64,000 bases of DNA from a virus, in the IMG/VR virus record IMGVR_UViG_3300042923_000524, positions 64,001-128,000 of that record; one strand, written 5' to 3'. A program made the translations under genes and the position numbers. The notes beneath the pieces are model-generated. The model saw only the letters and a list, made by a program, of their open reading frames with translations, had not been told where the DNA came from and ran no database searches. Shown in pieces: positions 44,328-54,507 of this stretch (positions are counted from its first letter, which is position 1; the number at the start of each line of letters is the position of its first letter).

Positions 44328-44474
44328 ATGAAAAAAATTGCATTGTTTCTCACAACAGTTGCGGTACTTGCGATGTTGGTTGGAGGTATGGTTTTTGCTT
44401 CTGACGTTACAGACCCAAAAGTAGCTAAACCAGTGGTAGTGAGTCCTAATTCTGACGTTACAGACCCAAGATAA
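44328..44474 (+). CDS. Secreted signalling pro-peptide (48 aa) with a duplicated SDVTDP(K/R)
   Basis: AAGGAGG RBS; MKKIALFLTTVAVLAMLVGGMVFA|SDVTDPKVAKPVVVSPNSDVTDPR. Sec signal peptide with a VFA cleavage site; 20-nt exact repeat at 44399 and 44450. Confidence 0.85.
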   Translation: MKKIALFLTTVAVLAMLVGGMVFASDVTDPKVAKPVVVSPNSDVTDPR

Positions 44475-44542
44475 TTAATAAAACAAGAGGGGTGAAATGC
44501 CCCTCAAACAAAAAACTACAATAAAAATGAGGTGACAACATT

Positions 44543-44893
44543 ATGATAGACCAAAACAAAGTAAAAAATCTATGTGAAAAATATAAAATCAACTACAAAA
44601 TACATCCTAATAATATCTATATGGAAACTCCATTAAATACTTGGATATGTGAAGATAAGGATACTCACTATCGCCTTAAACATAAAAATAAAGGTGTCTG
44701 TAAACATACGATGCATATGCACGATAGAAAATTTGAAAATGTAAATGAAGTATTAGAATATATACATACTCATGACACAAAGACAATATTTGACCGTAGA
44801 AGAAGTAATGAGAGAAGATTAGATAGGTTATTTGAATCTATATCAATACATAAAAAATCAAATAAGAAAATAAATAAATCAATTAGTATATAA
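44543..44893 (+). CDS. Hypothetical His-rich protein
   Basis: 116 aa ORF after the peptide hairpin, GAGG RBS. Confidence 0.6.
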   Translation: MIDQNKVKNLCEKYKINYKIHPNNIYMETPLNTWICEDKDTHYRLKHKNKGVCKHTMHMHDRKFENVNEVLEYIHTHDTKTIFDRRRSNERRLDRLFESISIHKKSNKKINKSISI

Positions 44894-45025
44894 ATAGATT
44901 AACATAAATAATGAATATAAATATTTTTCATGATTCACACATACATATCAGTATAATTACTTGACACCAAGGATATAATTATATTAAGATATAAATAAGA
45001 ATGAATATAAAAGGATGTGTGAGTT

Positions 45026-46336
45026 ATGAAAATAGGAAAAGATAGAGATTTACTAGAGAAAGAATTAGCAAAAATATTCGTAAAGTATAATTTAGATAAT
45101 AATGTAATCAATAAAATTAAAGAAGAATTTATATCAAGAGGGGTATCTTCAGGAGAATTCTTGTCTATTATAGATGGCAAAATTCAGATTGAAACAATCC
45201 CTCTTAATATGCTTTGTCTTTTAACAGAGTTGTTTTATAAAGAAACTACAGAGCAAAATATAAAACCAGAAACTTATTTTACTGAACAAGAAATTAACAC
45301 AGCTAAGAATTTTAGACGAGAGTCAGAAGAACAATCTAAATATCCATTAGTATTTGAAAATGTCATGAAGATTGGTGATGACCACTATGTAACATATAAA
45401 ACAGCTCAAGAAGTTGCTGGTTACTATGCAAAGAATTTAATTGTTTATAACAAACAAACTCAAAGAAATGCAAAGTACAGTGAGTATCAAGATAAAATTG
45501 TTGAAATGATAAGTATAAATAAATCTTCTATTTCTGATATTGCAAAAGATATTGTTGAGGGCAGACAAATTACAAACTTTATCACTTTTAATATTCTTCA
45601 AAATGGCGAAGAGAATTTTGAATATGATGCTAAAAATAAAACTTTAACTGTATTTGAAGGTGAGATTGATATACTTGACGGTTTTCATAGGTCAATGGGA
45701 ATTCTCTCAGCAGTACAGAAAGAGCCTAATGTAAAATATATCACTGGAATTAATATAGTGAATTGGGATATTGAAAAATCAAGAAGATTTATTGTACAGG
45801 AAGATAAGAGAAATAAGATTAATGCTTCTCATGTAAAATCACTTAATCCAGATAGATATGAAAACATGATTATTAAAAAACTAAATGAGAGTAGTTCAAG
45901 TGATTTAAAAGGCAAAATTACTACAGATAATTTATTTATAAGAAAACATAAAGCTTTAACAACATATGATGTTATTAATAATACTATTCAAAAAGAATAT
46001 AAAGACATTAAAACCAATAGAGATGCTTCTTTAATTGCTGAATGGTTAATTGAATTCTTTAATGAATTAATTGGTTTGTATCCAACTGAGTTTTTAACTG
46101 AAATTGAATCTACTAAGGAAACTTCATTTATTAACAATGAGAATATGTTCGCAGGTTATATTTCACTTTCAAAAGAATTACAGAATGTTAGCAATTGGAG
46201 ACAAAAACTACAGGAAGTGATGAGTAAAATTGATTTTAGCGTTAATAATTCTAAGTGGGAAAGTCTTAAATCTGCAACAGAATTAAACAAGAGATTATTA
46301 AAGAATATATCTAATTATTTTAGAGAGATTGTTTAG
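45026..46336 (+). CDS. DndB/DGQHR-domain protein, SPbeta YopQ (SroE)-like
   Basis: NKQTQR, NFITFNI, DILDGFHR motif, FIVQED; precedes an integrase-fold gene as yopQ precedes yopR. Confidence 0.65.
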   Translation: MKIGKDRDLLEKELAKIFVKYNLDNNVINKIKEEFISRGVSSGEFLSIIDGKIQIETIPLNMLCLLTELFYKETTEQNIKPETYFTEQEINTAKNFRRESEEQSKYPLVFENVMKIGDDHYVTYKTAQEVAGYYAKNLIVYNKQTQRNAKYSEYQDKIVEMISINKSSISDIAKDIVEGRQITNFITFNILQNGEENFEYDAKNKTLTVFEGEIDILDGFHRSMGILSAVQKEPNVKYITGINIVNWDIEKSRRFIVQEDKRNKINASHVKSLNPDRYENMIIKKLNESSSSDLKGKITTDNLFIRKHKALTTYDVINNTIQKEYKDIKTNRDASLIAEWLIEFFNELIGLYPTEFLTEIESTKETSFINNENMFAGYISLSKELQNVSNWRQKLQEVMSKIDFSVNNSKWESLKSATELNKRLLKNISNYFREIV

Positions 46337-46365
46337 TTAAAAAATTAAGAAAGGTGTGAATATAA

Positions 46366-47331
46366 TTGAAACATTTTATTATGTATAATCCAGAATTAAA
46401 AAATGTTTATCTTAATACTATTGACAACGAAGGAACTAGAGAAAATATTGGATATACTTTTCAAAAGGCTAGAATACTAGAAGATGAAAAAGGAAAAGAT
46501 ATATGTCATTTTAATTTTGATGAATTAGGTGAATTATGGAGTAGCTTCAGAGCAAAAAGTTTTGCTGCCATTACTACTAAAGTTAGTATTATAGTTAAGT
46601 ATATTGACTTTTGTATTGATAAAGGATTGGCTGATGTAAACTACAATTGGGCAAAGATGTACTTTAATGAAGATGGATTAAGACCATATGTAAGCAAAGT
46701 TGCTATAGGTAATAAAATAATTGACAAAGAAACTTTAGAAGATATAATTGATTTTTGTGCTAACGCTCAAGATGCTGTAATCTTTGCATTATTATTTGAA
46801 GGTGTAAAGGGTAGACCAATACAAGAAAATGCCTTTGAAGAAGTTAGGAATCTTAGAATGGTTGATTGTAATACTGATACTAATGATATTATACTAAGAC
46901 AAGATGATGGTAAAACAAGAGTTATTCAAATATCTGAAAGAACTATGAATTTAATAGTAGATGCTTATAATCAACAAACGTATTTAAGAAAAAATGGCGA
47001 ATCAACCGCAAAACTTAAAGAGATAGAAATGATTGATACAGGTTATGTTTTAAAATTAGGTGATATAGGCAAGAATTCCAATTCGAGTGAAGATAGAATA
47101 AGTCATCAAGTTTTATTTAGAAGACTAAAGAATATTGCAAAAGCATATGGAAATAGTTTTTTAACACCTACTAATATTTACATGAGTGGAATGGTTGACT
47201 ATGCTCAAAGACTGCAAACTGAAAAAGGTGTAGAATTAGACAATAATGATTATATTCATATATGTGAGAAATATGGAATAGACCCTAAAAGATGGTATAA
47301 GATAAAAGTGGAGATTAAGCAGTATCTATAA
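46366..47331 (+). CDS. Integrase-fold protein lacking catalytic motifs, SPbeta YopR/MrpR master-repressor-like
   Basis: DAVIFALLFEGVKG...EEVRNLRMVD; LTPTNIYMSG replaces HxLRH. Confidence 0.65.
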   Translation: MKHFIMYNPELKNVYLNTIDNEGTRENIGYTFQKARILEDEKGKDICHFNFDELGELWSSFRAKSFAAITTKVSIIVKYIDFCIDKGLADVNYNWAKMYFNEDGLRPYVSKVAIGNKIIDKETLEDIIDFCANAQDAVIFALLFEGVKGRPIQENAFEEVRNLRMVDCNTDTNDIILRQDDGKTRVIQISERTMNLIVDAYNQQTYLRKNGESTAKLKEIEMIDTGYVLKLGDIGKNSNSSEDRISHQVLFRRLKNIAKAYGNSFLTPTNIYMSGMVDYAQRLQTEKGVELDNNDYIHICEKYGIDPKRWYKIKVEIKQYL

Positions 47332-47608
47332 TTTAAAAATAAAGTAGTTTTATTACTACTTTAACAAATACAAATATAAAATTTATTTAATAAAAGTGTT
47401 GACAAAGGCAAAAAGTGGTAGTAGTATTATAGATAAGAGGTGAGTATATGAAACAATATGGATATATGATTCTTGTTTTAGGTATTATTGGAGTGGCTAT
47501 AGCAGTGGTAATAAGATTTATAAAATAAGCTAACCAAATTGAGATTTGGTCGTGATTTTAGAAAAACTAGCCGCTGCGAGAGTAGGGTTGTAGAAAAGGA
47601 GAATAAAT

Positions 47609-48090
47609 ATGAAAAGTGATAATGTAATTAAAGAAACAAGAGTTTTAGATAATGGAAAGAAATTTAATGTTATAGTAAGATATGTCGGAACAGGTACTAT
47701 AGAAGATATTCTCACAGATTTTGCAAACGAAATGGTTAAAAAGATAAATTTAGGAGTTGATAAATATGACAAATTATCAAAACAGATTAAATGATTTGAG
47801 AAAAGAATATATTAACAATCTTAAAGAGGAAGGTGACATATCATCTAATGAAGAATGGTTAATAAATAAACTTTTTGATTTTCTAATAGAGGGGGCTAAC
47901 AATGACAGCTCGAGATAATTCAAATGTAGTTTATAAAGAAGGTTATCCTAAAATCACTAAAACAGTGCATAGGTCAAGAGGTGGCTATGACATAAATGTG
48001 ACTTGGGTACACACAGGAGAAAAAACTATAAAAGAATTTATTTCAGATTATGCAGAGCAAATAATTAAAAAGATTAATGATAAAATTTAA
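47609..48090 (+). CDS. Two paralogous small proteins (47609-47794, 47902-48090)
   Basis: Shared NVxxxxxG...TIxxxxxDxAxxxxKKIN pattern. Confidence 0.55.
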
Positions 48091-48429
48091 AATCAAAAGA
48101 AGGGAGGGTAGTTATATGACTGGTGAATTATTAATAAAAGGAAATACTGGTTGTTATCACATATTGAATTCAAAGGATTGTATAAATCACAATGTATCAG
48201 AAATCTTAGATTTTAATTTAGATAAAGAAAAGACTATATGTATTACAACAAAGAGTGAAAATATTTTATTTAATGAATGTGGAATTGTTAATAAACACCA
48301 AGTACAAGAAAATATGTTTGATTATTTTGTAAATGATAAAAATCTCACACAGATATTATGGGATAACTTAAATAATAAAATTGTGTTTAAAGTATCTTAA
48401 ATAACATTTAAATTTATTGGCACTAAATA

Positions 48430-48657
48430 ATAAAGGCGGTCTTAGCAAAGGAGTAAAACCTTTAATTGTCTGCAAGGATAATTTCGCCTATAGTCGAGAT
48501 AGTGACAAGTAAATCTTATTAATAAGTTTTGTAATACACTCGATAAGGTAATAAGTGCGAAAGTGAAGCGAACGTGTTTCTACTGTAGTATTCGCACCTA
48601 TTGAAACTGCTAACACAAAGTCCGTTAGCACAACTTATAATTAAATACAATTGTAAC
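48430..48657 (+). ncRNA. Cas12f1 tracrRNA
   Basis: Anti-repeat CACAACTTATAATTAAATACAATTGTAAC (48629-48657) is complementary to the array repeat. Segments CTCGATAAGGTA and TGAAACTGCTAACACAAAGTCCGTTAGC resemble the AsCas12f1 tracrRNA as remembered. Confidence 0.75.
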
Positions 48658-48722
48658 AATTGAATAGTTTCGCATTATTATAACTTAAAAGTGTTGAAAA
48701 TGCTGTTTTGGATTTGTAAGCA

Positions 48723-49017
48723 GTTACAATTTGTATATTATATAGGTTGTAAGTTTTAGAGCATTGATTTCTGTTTCTATTGCGTTTAAAGTTACAATTT
48801 GTATATTATATGAGTTGTAAGTTACTTTGCAAATGTCGAAAATAGATGTATAATTATTACAATTTGTATATAAATATGGGTTGTAAGTTGACTACAGGTG
48901 TTAATATTTATTTATTCTTCATGTTGCAGTGTATTATATGAGCTGTAAGTTTAAAAGCCATTTATAAAATCATCTTTGTATTTGCTTTTGCAATCTGTAT
49001 ATTATATGAGTTCTAAG
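48723..49017 (+). CRISPR. CRISPR array, 5 repeats / 4 spacers
   Basis: Repeat GTTACAATTTGTATATTATATGAGTTGTAAG at 48723, 48791, 48856, 48923 (shortened) and 48987; spacers 37, 34, 35 and 37 nt; degeneration increases towards the cas gene. Confidence 0.9.
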
Positions 49018-49123
49018 ACATAATTAATTGGAAAAGTTAATATATAATAATAAATTGTAAATGATAGATGTTATGATGTGAATTTAATTTATATAAGAAA
49101 AAATATAAAATAGGAGAGATAAG

Positions 49124-50437
49124 ATGAATAAATGTATAAAAATAACAATAAAAAATTGTATAAATATAGATAAATATAGACAGGTATTAAGGGATTTAAG
49201 ATATCAAACTTGGTTAGCAAGTAATAAAGCTATGACTAATTATTATACTTTTGCATTAGAGAACATGGAATATAAAAACATAAATGGAATCAACATAAAT
49301 GAGAAAGAGAGATATGGTAAAAGTTATGATGCATGGATACAAAATAGAATGAATGAGATTATGACCATGCATCAAAGTGGGAATGTAGCTCAAACAGCAC
49401 AATTTGTCGCTAAGAGATTTAAAGACGATATAAAAAAAGGTATGTTTAAAGGCAAGATATCAATATCTAATTTTAAACAAGATATCCCACTTATTATACA
49501 TAATAAAAACTATAAAATCATACAGGGTGATAAGGGATATAAAATTGAATGTAGTTTATTTAATAGAGAATACCAAAAAGAAAATATTATTAAAAAAGCT
49601 GAATTTCAAATTGATAAGATTGATAATAATTGTAAAAGTGTATTAAATAGAATTATATCTGGTGAATATAAGCAGGGTTCTATGCAAATTACAGAAGATA
49701 AAAAAGGTAAATGGTATTTTATAATTAGTTATAGTTTTGAAGCATCCAAACAAACTTTTGACCAAAATAGAATATTAGGCATAGATTTAGGTATAACTAA
49801 AGTAGCTACAATGCAAATATTTGATAAAACCATTGAAGAGTGGGATAGATTATCTTGGAAAGAATGTATGATGGATGGTAGAGAGTTAATACATTATAGA
49901 CAAAAGATAGAAGCGAGAAAAAAACAATTACAAATAGCTAGTAAGTGGTGTGGAGAAGGTAGAGTTGGTCATGGTACTAAAACAAGAATGAAACCTTTAG
50001 ATAAAATAGGAAGTGTGGTAAGTAATTTTAAAGATACATATAATCATAAAATAAGCAGATATATAATAGATTTTGCTATTAAACATAATTGCGGAATAAT
50101 TCAAATGGAAGATTTAAGTGGATTTAGTGAACAACAAACAGAAAGTTTATTAAAGAATTGGAGTTATTTTGATTTACAAACTAAGATAAAATATAAAGCC
50201 GAAGAAAAGGGAGTAGAGGTTATATTTATTAATCCTCAATATACAAGTAAAAGATGTAGTAGGTGTGGTTGTATAGACACACGAAATAGAGATTGTGAAA
50301 ATAATCAATCCAAGTTTGAATGTGTAACTTGTGGTCATAAAGAAAATGCAGATATAAATGCAGCGAAAAATATTAGTATGCCTGATATTGAAGAAATTAT
50401 TGGTGAATACATAAAATATGGTTTAAAAGTAAGTTAA
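49124..50437 (+). CDS. cas12f1: Cas12f1 (type V-F) miniature RNA-guided nuclease
   Basis: 437 aa; RuvC I ILGIDLG, RuvC II QMEDL, CSRCG/CVTCG zinc finger, RuvC III NADINAAKNI. Colinear with AsCas12f1 (SGNVAQT, RIISGEY, GHG.K.R.KP, NWSYFDLQ); array and anti-repeat adjacent. Confidence 0.88.
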   Translation: MNKCIKITIKNCINIDKYRQVLRDLRYQTWLASNKAMTNYYTFALENMEYKNINGININEKERYGKSYDAWIQNRMNEIMTMHQSGNVAQTAQFVAKRFKDDIKKGMFKGKISISNFKQDIPLIIHNKNYKIIQGDKGYKIECSLFNREYQKENIIKKAEFQIDKIDNNCKSVLNRIISGEYKQGSMQITEDKKGKWYFIISYSFEASKQTFDQNRILGIDLGITKVATMQIFDKTIEEWDRLSWKECMMDGRELIHYRQKIEARKKQLQIASKWCGEGRVGHGTKTRMKPLDKIGSVVSNFKDTYNHKISRYIIDFAIKHNCGIIQMEDLSGFSEQQTESLLKNWSYFDLQTKIKYKAEEKGVEVIFINPQYTSKRCSRCGCIDTRNRDCENNQSKFECVTCGHKENADINAAKNISMPDIEEIIGEYIKYGLKVS

Positions 50438-50580
50438 TTAATAATAAATATAAAATTAAATATATAAACCACTTGTAATTTTTTATTCTTAGTAGTATAC
50501 TAATATTAGGAAATATACAAAAACAAAAATATAGCGTTTCCAATGGTTGTAGCAATCGCAAATGACCATAAAATCGGGAT

Positions 50581-53350
50581 TTGGTCAGAAGTATAAATTT
50601 AGGAGGTATAACGATGATAGAATTATTTTGTTTAGAACATGACTGTGACTTTAACATTAATGGTAAATGTGAAAGAGTAGATTTACAAGCTAGGTATGAT
50701 GCTTCTATTGGTTCTGTTGTATTAGAAACAGAAAATTATGAGTTATGTTATAAAAGAGAGAAATAGAAAATAATTCATGGAGGGCAAACAAGATGCAATT
50801 AAAATGTATTTTTAGTATGAAAGGTATAGATATTACTCTTAATAAAATCTATGAATTATTAGACGAAGATAATTTGAATTATTACATTTATGATGATATG
50901 AACGGATATAGGGCATTTAGTAAATTTATGTTTGAAAAGATTCAATGAAAACGATATTCTATCTAAATATGAAAGGAGATTAAATAATGGAACAAAATTA
51001 TTTAGCAACATATAGAAATGGTGATAATTTTGAATATGCATGGTTTGGAACAGAAGAAGAGGCATTAGAATGGATAGATATAGAATCTCAAAAATATACA
51101 AATGTAGAAGTAGTGGAATTAAAAGTTGTAAATGTTCTATTTGAAAGAGACTAGCAAATGGTTATTCTAATGAAATTTAGAAAGGAATGTTTAATAATGA
51201 ATAAATTTCAAAAATTTGTAAGTAGGAAAGCAAAGCAAATGATTCGTAATGAAAAAAATTCTCGTAGTTTTAGATACTATAGAAAAGAATGGAGATTTAT
51301 AAAATCAGAAGTTCTTGATAGTCAAATTGATTTTGAAAAAACAAATAATTTTAAAGAAAAACAATACTCTTATTTATCTGGTGAAACTGACCCACATTGA
51401 TAAAATAACGACAAAATGCGAGATTGATAGGGAGTTGATAAATTGAAGGTAATTATAAAAACAGCATATAATGTAGACTTAAAATATATTTACTCTCATG
51501 TAAAACCATTGGTAGATAAAAATGTATTTATTAAACGTATTAGAGATGAAGTAAGTCAATATGTAAAAGCCTGTTTAGACACTTCCACAAATGAAAATGG
51601 GAATGGATTAGAAGATAACATTATCTACTATCTAATTCAAGATGGATATGCTGAAGCTAAATCAGAACATGCTAAGTATTTAATTACTGAATGAATATTT
51701 TAGGAGGCGGTTTATATGAACAAATATATAGTAAGAATTACTCCATTATATAAAGATACTTTAAATCAATTTGGAAATATAGTTTTTGAGTCAAAATTAA
51801 TTAATAGTTTGGTGGGATTGGAATCTGAATTATCAATAAATGATATATGGAATATTCCACATGTATTTAAAGTAGAAGAAGATGTTGAAGGAAAATTCGA
51901 TTAAAATGTTAATAGTATATGTGTTTTGAGGTGATTTAATGAATGAAAAAGAAGAATGGATTATAGATTATTTAAAAAATAAGACCGCATTTAAATTTAT
52001 AGATATGCTGGATGAAGATTTTGTTGAAGCATATATAGATGAATTTGAAGTTAAAAGCCAAAACATGACGTTAGGAGCTTCTAAGTGTAAGGAATTATCA
52101 AAGCTGCTTGGTAGTATGTATAAAAAAGGCTTATTGAATAGATTTCCTCATGGTGTGAGAAGTGGTTATAATCAAGATTATGCGAATTTTAAAGCACCTA
52201 AGTGGGTATATTCATATGAATTAATAAATTAAGACAAAATGTGGATTTGGAGAAAATATTGAAAGGAGTTATATATTATGGGTTCAGCACAACAAGACTT
52301 TAATAAGTTTATAGAATATAAAAGAAAGTTTAGAAATAAAGTAATAATTAAATCTGTTATCGGTATTATTTTTGTGACATTTATTATATATAAAGTATTA
52401 TTAATATAATTCCAATAAAAGGTGAAATTGATTGGGAGTTGGTAATAAAATGAAAAATAAATTAATTGGTAAAAAAGTAGATATAATCGACAAAGAATCA
52501 ATATATTATAAACATTGGGGTTTTATAAGAGGTTTTGATGGAGATGTTTATCATATAAATGGTGGTTCTATATCTTTAAATAATGGTGACTTAACTCCCA
52601 TATTTGATAGAAATCAATTTTCAGTTAGAAGAAGGCAAGAAGGAGACAATAATGAAGTGTAATAACTGTACATGTAAGAAATGTAAAAATTACGAATGTG
52701 AATATCATTGTAAGGATATGACTGATTTAGAGAAACAAATATGTGATATGGATGTATCTGGAGAATGTGATTGTTTTAAAGGAGAAAAAGATGTTAGAAA
52801 AAGTTAATCAAAACAAAGAATTAAACAAATATGTAACTATAGTTTGTCAAGATAAGATTGGTGATAATTTCTTAGAAGCCACTGTCAAAGTTAATGCCAC
52901 AATAATAATTGATAATGATGACATTAAAGATTTCTCTAAAGAGATAAGAAGATTAATACTTGGATATAAAGTTTAAATAAAACGAATATTTGATTAGGAG
53001 TTGAGAATATGGGATTAAAAGCAATACCAAATGTTTATAGTTATAGATGTGATGAGTGTAATACAGGTTCAGACCCAGTTCAAGAATATGAATCAATTAA
53101 AGAATGCCTAGAAGATTTAAAAAGTGCAGGATGGAAGGGAAATTATAAAAAACTCCTGTGTCCTGAGTGTGCAAATAAATCTAAATAAAATGAATGTTTG
53201 GAGGTAATAAGAATGTCATATTATGATTATTTAGATGATTATAGATTTATGCATCCAGAAGAATTTGATGATGCAGAAGAAAATGAAAAGAGAGCATTAA
53301 AAGAAGCTGAAGTGATAGCCAAGATTTTAAACAATATGTCCTCAAAATCA
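50581..53350 (+). CDS. Array of small hypothetical genes, several Cys-rich
   Basis: About 12 ORFs of 45-100 aa with RBSs, many separated by the 18-bp palindromic motif. Confidence 0.6.
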
Positions 53351-53453
53351 TAGTTTGCTTTAAATATTTAATAAAAAATATAAAACTAAACACAAACTAA
53401 TTTTCAGAATACACCAACAAAAGAAAAACATTACCTTAGTTTCCATAAATAAC

Positions 53454-53504
53454 TTGCGAAAATATATAATAGCACTTATAATAAAATATACGAACATGCG
53501 TTCG
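53454..53504 (+). promoter_or_regulatory. sigmaA promoter with a perfect Firmicute LexA (SOS/Cheo) box at the start site
   Basis: TTGCGA(53454)-17-TATAAT(53477); CGAACATGCGTTCG at 53491-53504. Confidence 0.8.
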
Positions 53505-53534
53505 ATAAACAACCAAATAGTAATTATCTGAATA

Positions 53535-53621
53535 TTCGACAAAATAGGAAAAACTAACCAATAATATGTCGAAACATGTAGTAATTATCCACTGTAAACC
53601 TTTACATAATAATGTTATTAT
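53535..53621 (+). promoter_or_regulatory. Two perfect Spo0A boxes upstream of an extended -10 promoter
   Basis: TTCGACA (53535-53541) and TGTCGAA (53567-53573); TGTTATTAT with the -10 at 53616 and a weak -35. Confidence 0.65.
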
Positions 53622-53658
53622 TAATGTAATAGATAATTAAATATCAAGGGGTGATATA

Positions 53659-54507
53659 GTGGATACAATGAGTGTTAGAGATATTTGGTTAGTAGCAATA
53701 CCAGAGATTAGTTTATCCATATTATTTGGTCTTTTACTTATAAATAAGCAAATATTCAAAAAGAAAAATAGGTCTTTAGTCGGGGTATTGAGATTTATAG
53801 TATCTGTTATAATGGTATTAGTAATAAATTATTACTCAAGAGCAACGGTAAATAATGTTGTTTTAATTATATATTGCACTACAGTTGCATATTCTTTAAC
53901 TTTTAGTTTGGTTTGGAGAAATAATTTAAGGCAGAGTTTATTAGTTGGATTATTAATAACTTATTTAATTATGGGAGCAGAGTTTATAACATTACCACTT
54001 ATGAGTTTATTAATTAACAAATTTCAAGCATTATCAATTTTTAGCATTAGATTTTTATTATCAATACCCTCAAGAGTTATAGATGCGGTGGCTATTAGTG
54101 GACTTATGATATATGATATGTCAATACAAAGTAAATTGTTTGATAAGAATTGGAGCTTATTAAAAGTTCAAGAGAAAATAACGACAACAGCTATATTAAT
54201 ACTTTTTACAATGATTGTAACAATAGCTGCAAATAATTCAGACATGTTTGTAAAATTAAATCAAAATGGAATTGATACTTCATTTATTAATAATAATTTA
54301 CAGAGTTCTTTCTATGGCGTAATCTTCTTTATGATAGTTTCTGTAGTATTCTTTTATACAATAATTAAGTATTGTGAATATAGAGATATAGCACTAAAAA
54401 CACCAAGGGAACTATTTACGGATATTGCAGAAATTTCATCTCCTGAAAAAATAAATGATTATATAGATATTTTACAAAAGCATTTATCAGAAAAGGAGGT
54501 GAAATAA
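53659..54507 (+). CDS. AgrC/VirS-like multi-pass membrane sensor lacking the kinase domain
   Basis: About 7 hydrophobic segments followed by a cytoplasmic tail of only about 45 aa (..PEKINDYIDIL..) with no H-box and no HATPase N/G boxes. Confidence 0.6.
   Translation: MDTMSVRDIWLVAIPEISLSILFGLLLINKQIFKKKNRSLVGVLRFIVSVIMVLVINYYSRATVNNVVLIIYCTTVAYSLTFSLVWRNNLRQSLLVGLLITYLIMGAEFITLPLMSLLINKFQALSIFSIRFLLSIPSRVIDAVAISGLMIYDMSIQSKLFDKNWSLLKVQEKITTTAILILFTMIVTIAANNSDMFVKLNQNGIDTSFINNNLQSSFYGVIFFMIVSVVFFYTIIKYCEYRDIALKTPRELFTDIAEISSPEKINDYIDILQKHLSEKEVK

Noticed and set aside
49124-50437. IS200/IS605 or IS607 TnpB transposon
   Set aside because: No tnpA or serine transposase nearby; the adjacent array and anti-repeat favour Cas12f1.
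53360-53542. 60-aa minus-strand hydrophobic ORF
   Set aside because: Overlaps the promoter, LexA box and 0A box and has no RBS; likely spurious.
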